In this document: in pieces, positions 62,147-64,000 of the stretch | Layout: each line of letters starts with the position of its first letter | How positions within the stretch are numbered: position 1 is the stretch's first letter | Source: Eledone cirrhosa | Taxonomy: Eukaryota | Assembly (NCBI GenBank): GCA_964016885.1 | Contig: OZ024740.1 | Coordinates: 245,520,001-245,584,000, forward strand | Reading direction: 5' to 3' | DNA length: 64,000 bases | Program-made: the position numbers and the translations under genes | The notes under the pieces: model-generated | Told to the model about the DNA's origin: nothing | What the model saw: only the letters and a program-made list of their open reading frames with translations | Databases searched by the model: none

Positions 62147-64000
62147 TCAAGGATCAATTTCCCCCTCGTCCTGCTGCATATGAAAGTCTGCTGTCCAGGT
62201 TGGTGGTTTGCGACTTCTTTGCGATCTCCGCAGTGTTGGGGCGGCACTTTGGGTTTGCTCTTCCTCGGAGTCCGTTGACACAGTAATTCTACGGACATCC
62301 AGGACATGACGTGGTACTCCGTCCACGGACACATTGTTCTGGGAATTTACGGCCGTCACCGTTCCCCTTCCCCATTGAGATGTGCAACGTGCATCTGGGG
62401 GCTTAACCCAGACTTCTTCGCCCACCTGCACGAATGCATTCTCTCTCCCCACTGGCCGTTGTGGTGGCGTGCACGGTTGCCGCCACTCGTATCTGAATAC
62501 TGCTCTGTGTGGCACCGATTCCTCAACCTGTCCCACCCGAGGGGACATGTTGTACCAGAACACTGCCTCCATTGGTAACATATGGCCCCTTCCGCCATTG
62601 CCTTGATCGTCCGGTGGTGTCGCTCCACAATTCCATTTCCGCTCGGCCTGTGCGCTGCTCTGAAGAAACGGTCCAACTTCCATCCATCGAGCATCTCCCT
62701 CAGCGCCTCCGAGCGGAACGCTAGGCTGTTGTCCATCAGGAGTTCATCCACAGGGCCCCGCTCCAAGAACACCTCTCTCAACGTCCGCATGATTTCCTCG
62801 GCCGTTCCAGTCTTCGTCTCCCTCCATATCGCCATCCGCCCTGGTTCACAGTCGACCATCGAGAGGTACGTTCCCTGGCGGTAGTGCGTTACATCCACCG
62901 CCAATCGCTTCCAGTCGCGATCCACCGAGAGGCTTCCCGTTTCGTGCACACCCGGGGCGGGATCAATGGACTGACATCGGACGCAGCCTCTAACCTCCCT
63001 TTGAACACTGTGTCTGTTAACGTCCGAGTCGATTCTCCTGGCTAGGAACAGGATCCTATCCACTCCCATGTGGTGCATGTCATGCAACCCTTTCAGATCC
63101 AACTCGGTCAGCCGACACACGGCAGCTATCTCAGCTTCTACCTCCTCCGGCGCTTCCATCCAGGCTTTCTTCACCCTGGTTAAGACGTCACCCTATTTTT
63201 TCTCTGAGGGCACGAAAACTACGCTCAGCCTCAGGTCGAACTCGGTGGCCAGCTCTCCTAAAGTTCCCAGGCGGCGCTTTATCAGCATCTCCGCCGCCCC
63301 TCTCGTTCGCACTCTCTTCTCACTGGTGAGCACTGATCTCACCCATCCGAGTACAGTAGCCGATTCGGTGCGTATCTCGATGGTGCGCAGTCCCCACCCC
63401 AGGGCGAGGTTCACCCCTCTCAACACCGCGTCCAGTTCGGCCACATTGATGTGATTGCAGTCGTCCTTCTTCCTAAGCCAGGCTGCATCCTCGACCTCAA
63501 CACCTCCCATCTCCAACGTGACACCCAGCGCTATGCTGCTGGCATCGCACCATACGGTCCCGCTCTGCGATTTGGGAACATACTAGCGTCCCCGCACTGG
63601 GTCGTCGGCCTTCACCCTCTCCACGATCTCCTGCATCATGGCCACCGTCCTCTCTCCGACTCTGTCACTCCTCCCGCTCATCTCTTGACATAGCTGCATG
63701 CCGTCCGGGGCCACCCAGCAATCGGGTAGTGACCCACCAACTTTCCACACACCGAGAAAAGCTCCCGCCTACTCATACTTGGGCCCAGTGCTGGAACTTC
63801 ATTTCCCCTCTGGAATACCAAGACGCCCGTCCTGTCTCGCCGTAGCCTAAGTCCCAGCGCGGCTCCTCCCTCCAACGCTTCTGACGGCTTCGCAGCCAGT
63901 CCATACCCCTGTAAATGGCTCGTGACCTCCGCCGCCGACACTACAGACTCGTCCACTAGGATGTCGTCAATGTAAGAATTAGTGGCCCACTTCATCTTGT
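62147..64000 (-). mobile_element. Gypsy/Ty3 pol remnant (RT-RNase H-integrase), continues beyond the window
   Basis: YIDD (ORF 63678-63995), RNase H CDASS/INVAEL, integrase HHCC (H.MHH.G...C..C), VDVT, MDN, GNGIVER, C-terminal GEEVWVK; stops and frameshifts. Confidence 0.93.

Overview
AT-rich, intron-rich animal genomic DNA. The repeat landscape (RTE LINEs with (GAT)n tails, tRNA-derived SINEs, dense (TA)n/(CA)n) suggests an octopus/coleoid cephalopod, which is an inference. Two host genes lie head-to-head: TAF13 (minus strand, 4 coding exons, 15717->10220, 121 aa) and TIPRL/TIP41-like (plus strand, 7 coding exons, 18543->42133, 284 aa); both reconstruct with GT-AG introns and consistent phases. 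Most of the remainder is decayed mobile DNA: several RTE LINE families, two SINE families, hAT (Buster-like) and mariner remnants, MITEs, non-autonomous Helitrons, CRE-like non-LTR fragments, Penelope-like remnants and a Gypsy LTR element running off the right end. Most notable: (i) the dominant RTE family has a complete C4HC3 PHD finger inserted inside its reverse transcriptase; (ii) four hand-foldable type I hammerhead ribozyme motifs (plus one decayed core); (iii) a covarying, tandemly repeated hairpin module shared between LINE 3'UTRs and a SINE; (iv) long inverted repeats within TIPRL introns. All calls were made by eye with no database searches; TE boundaries are approximate.
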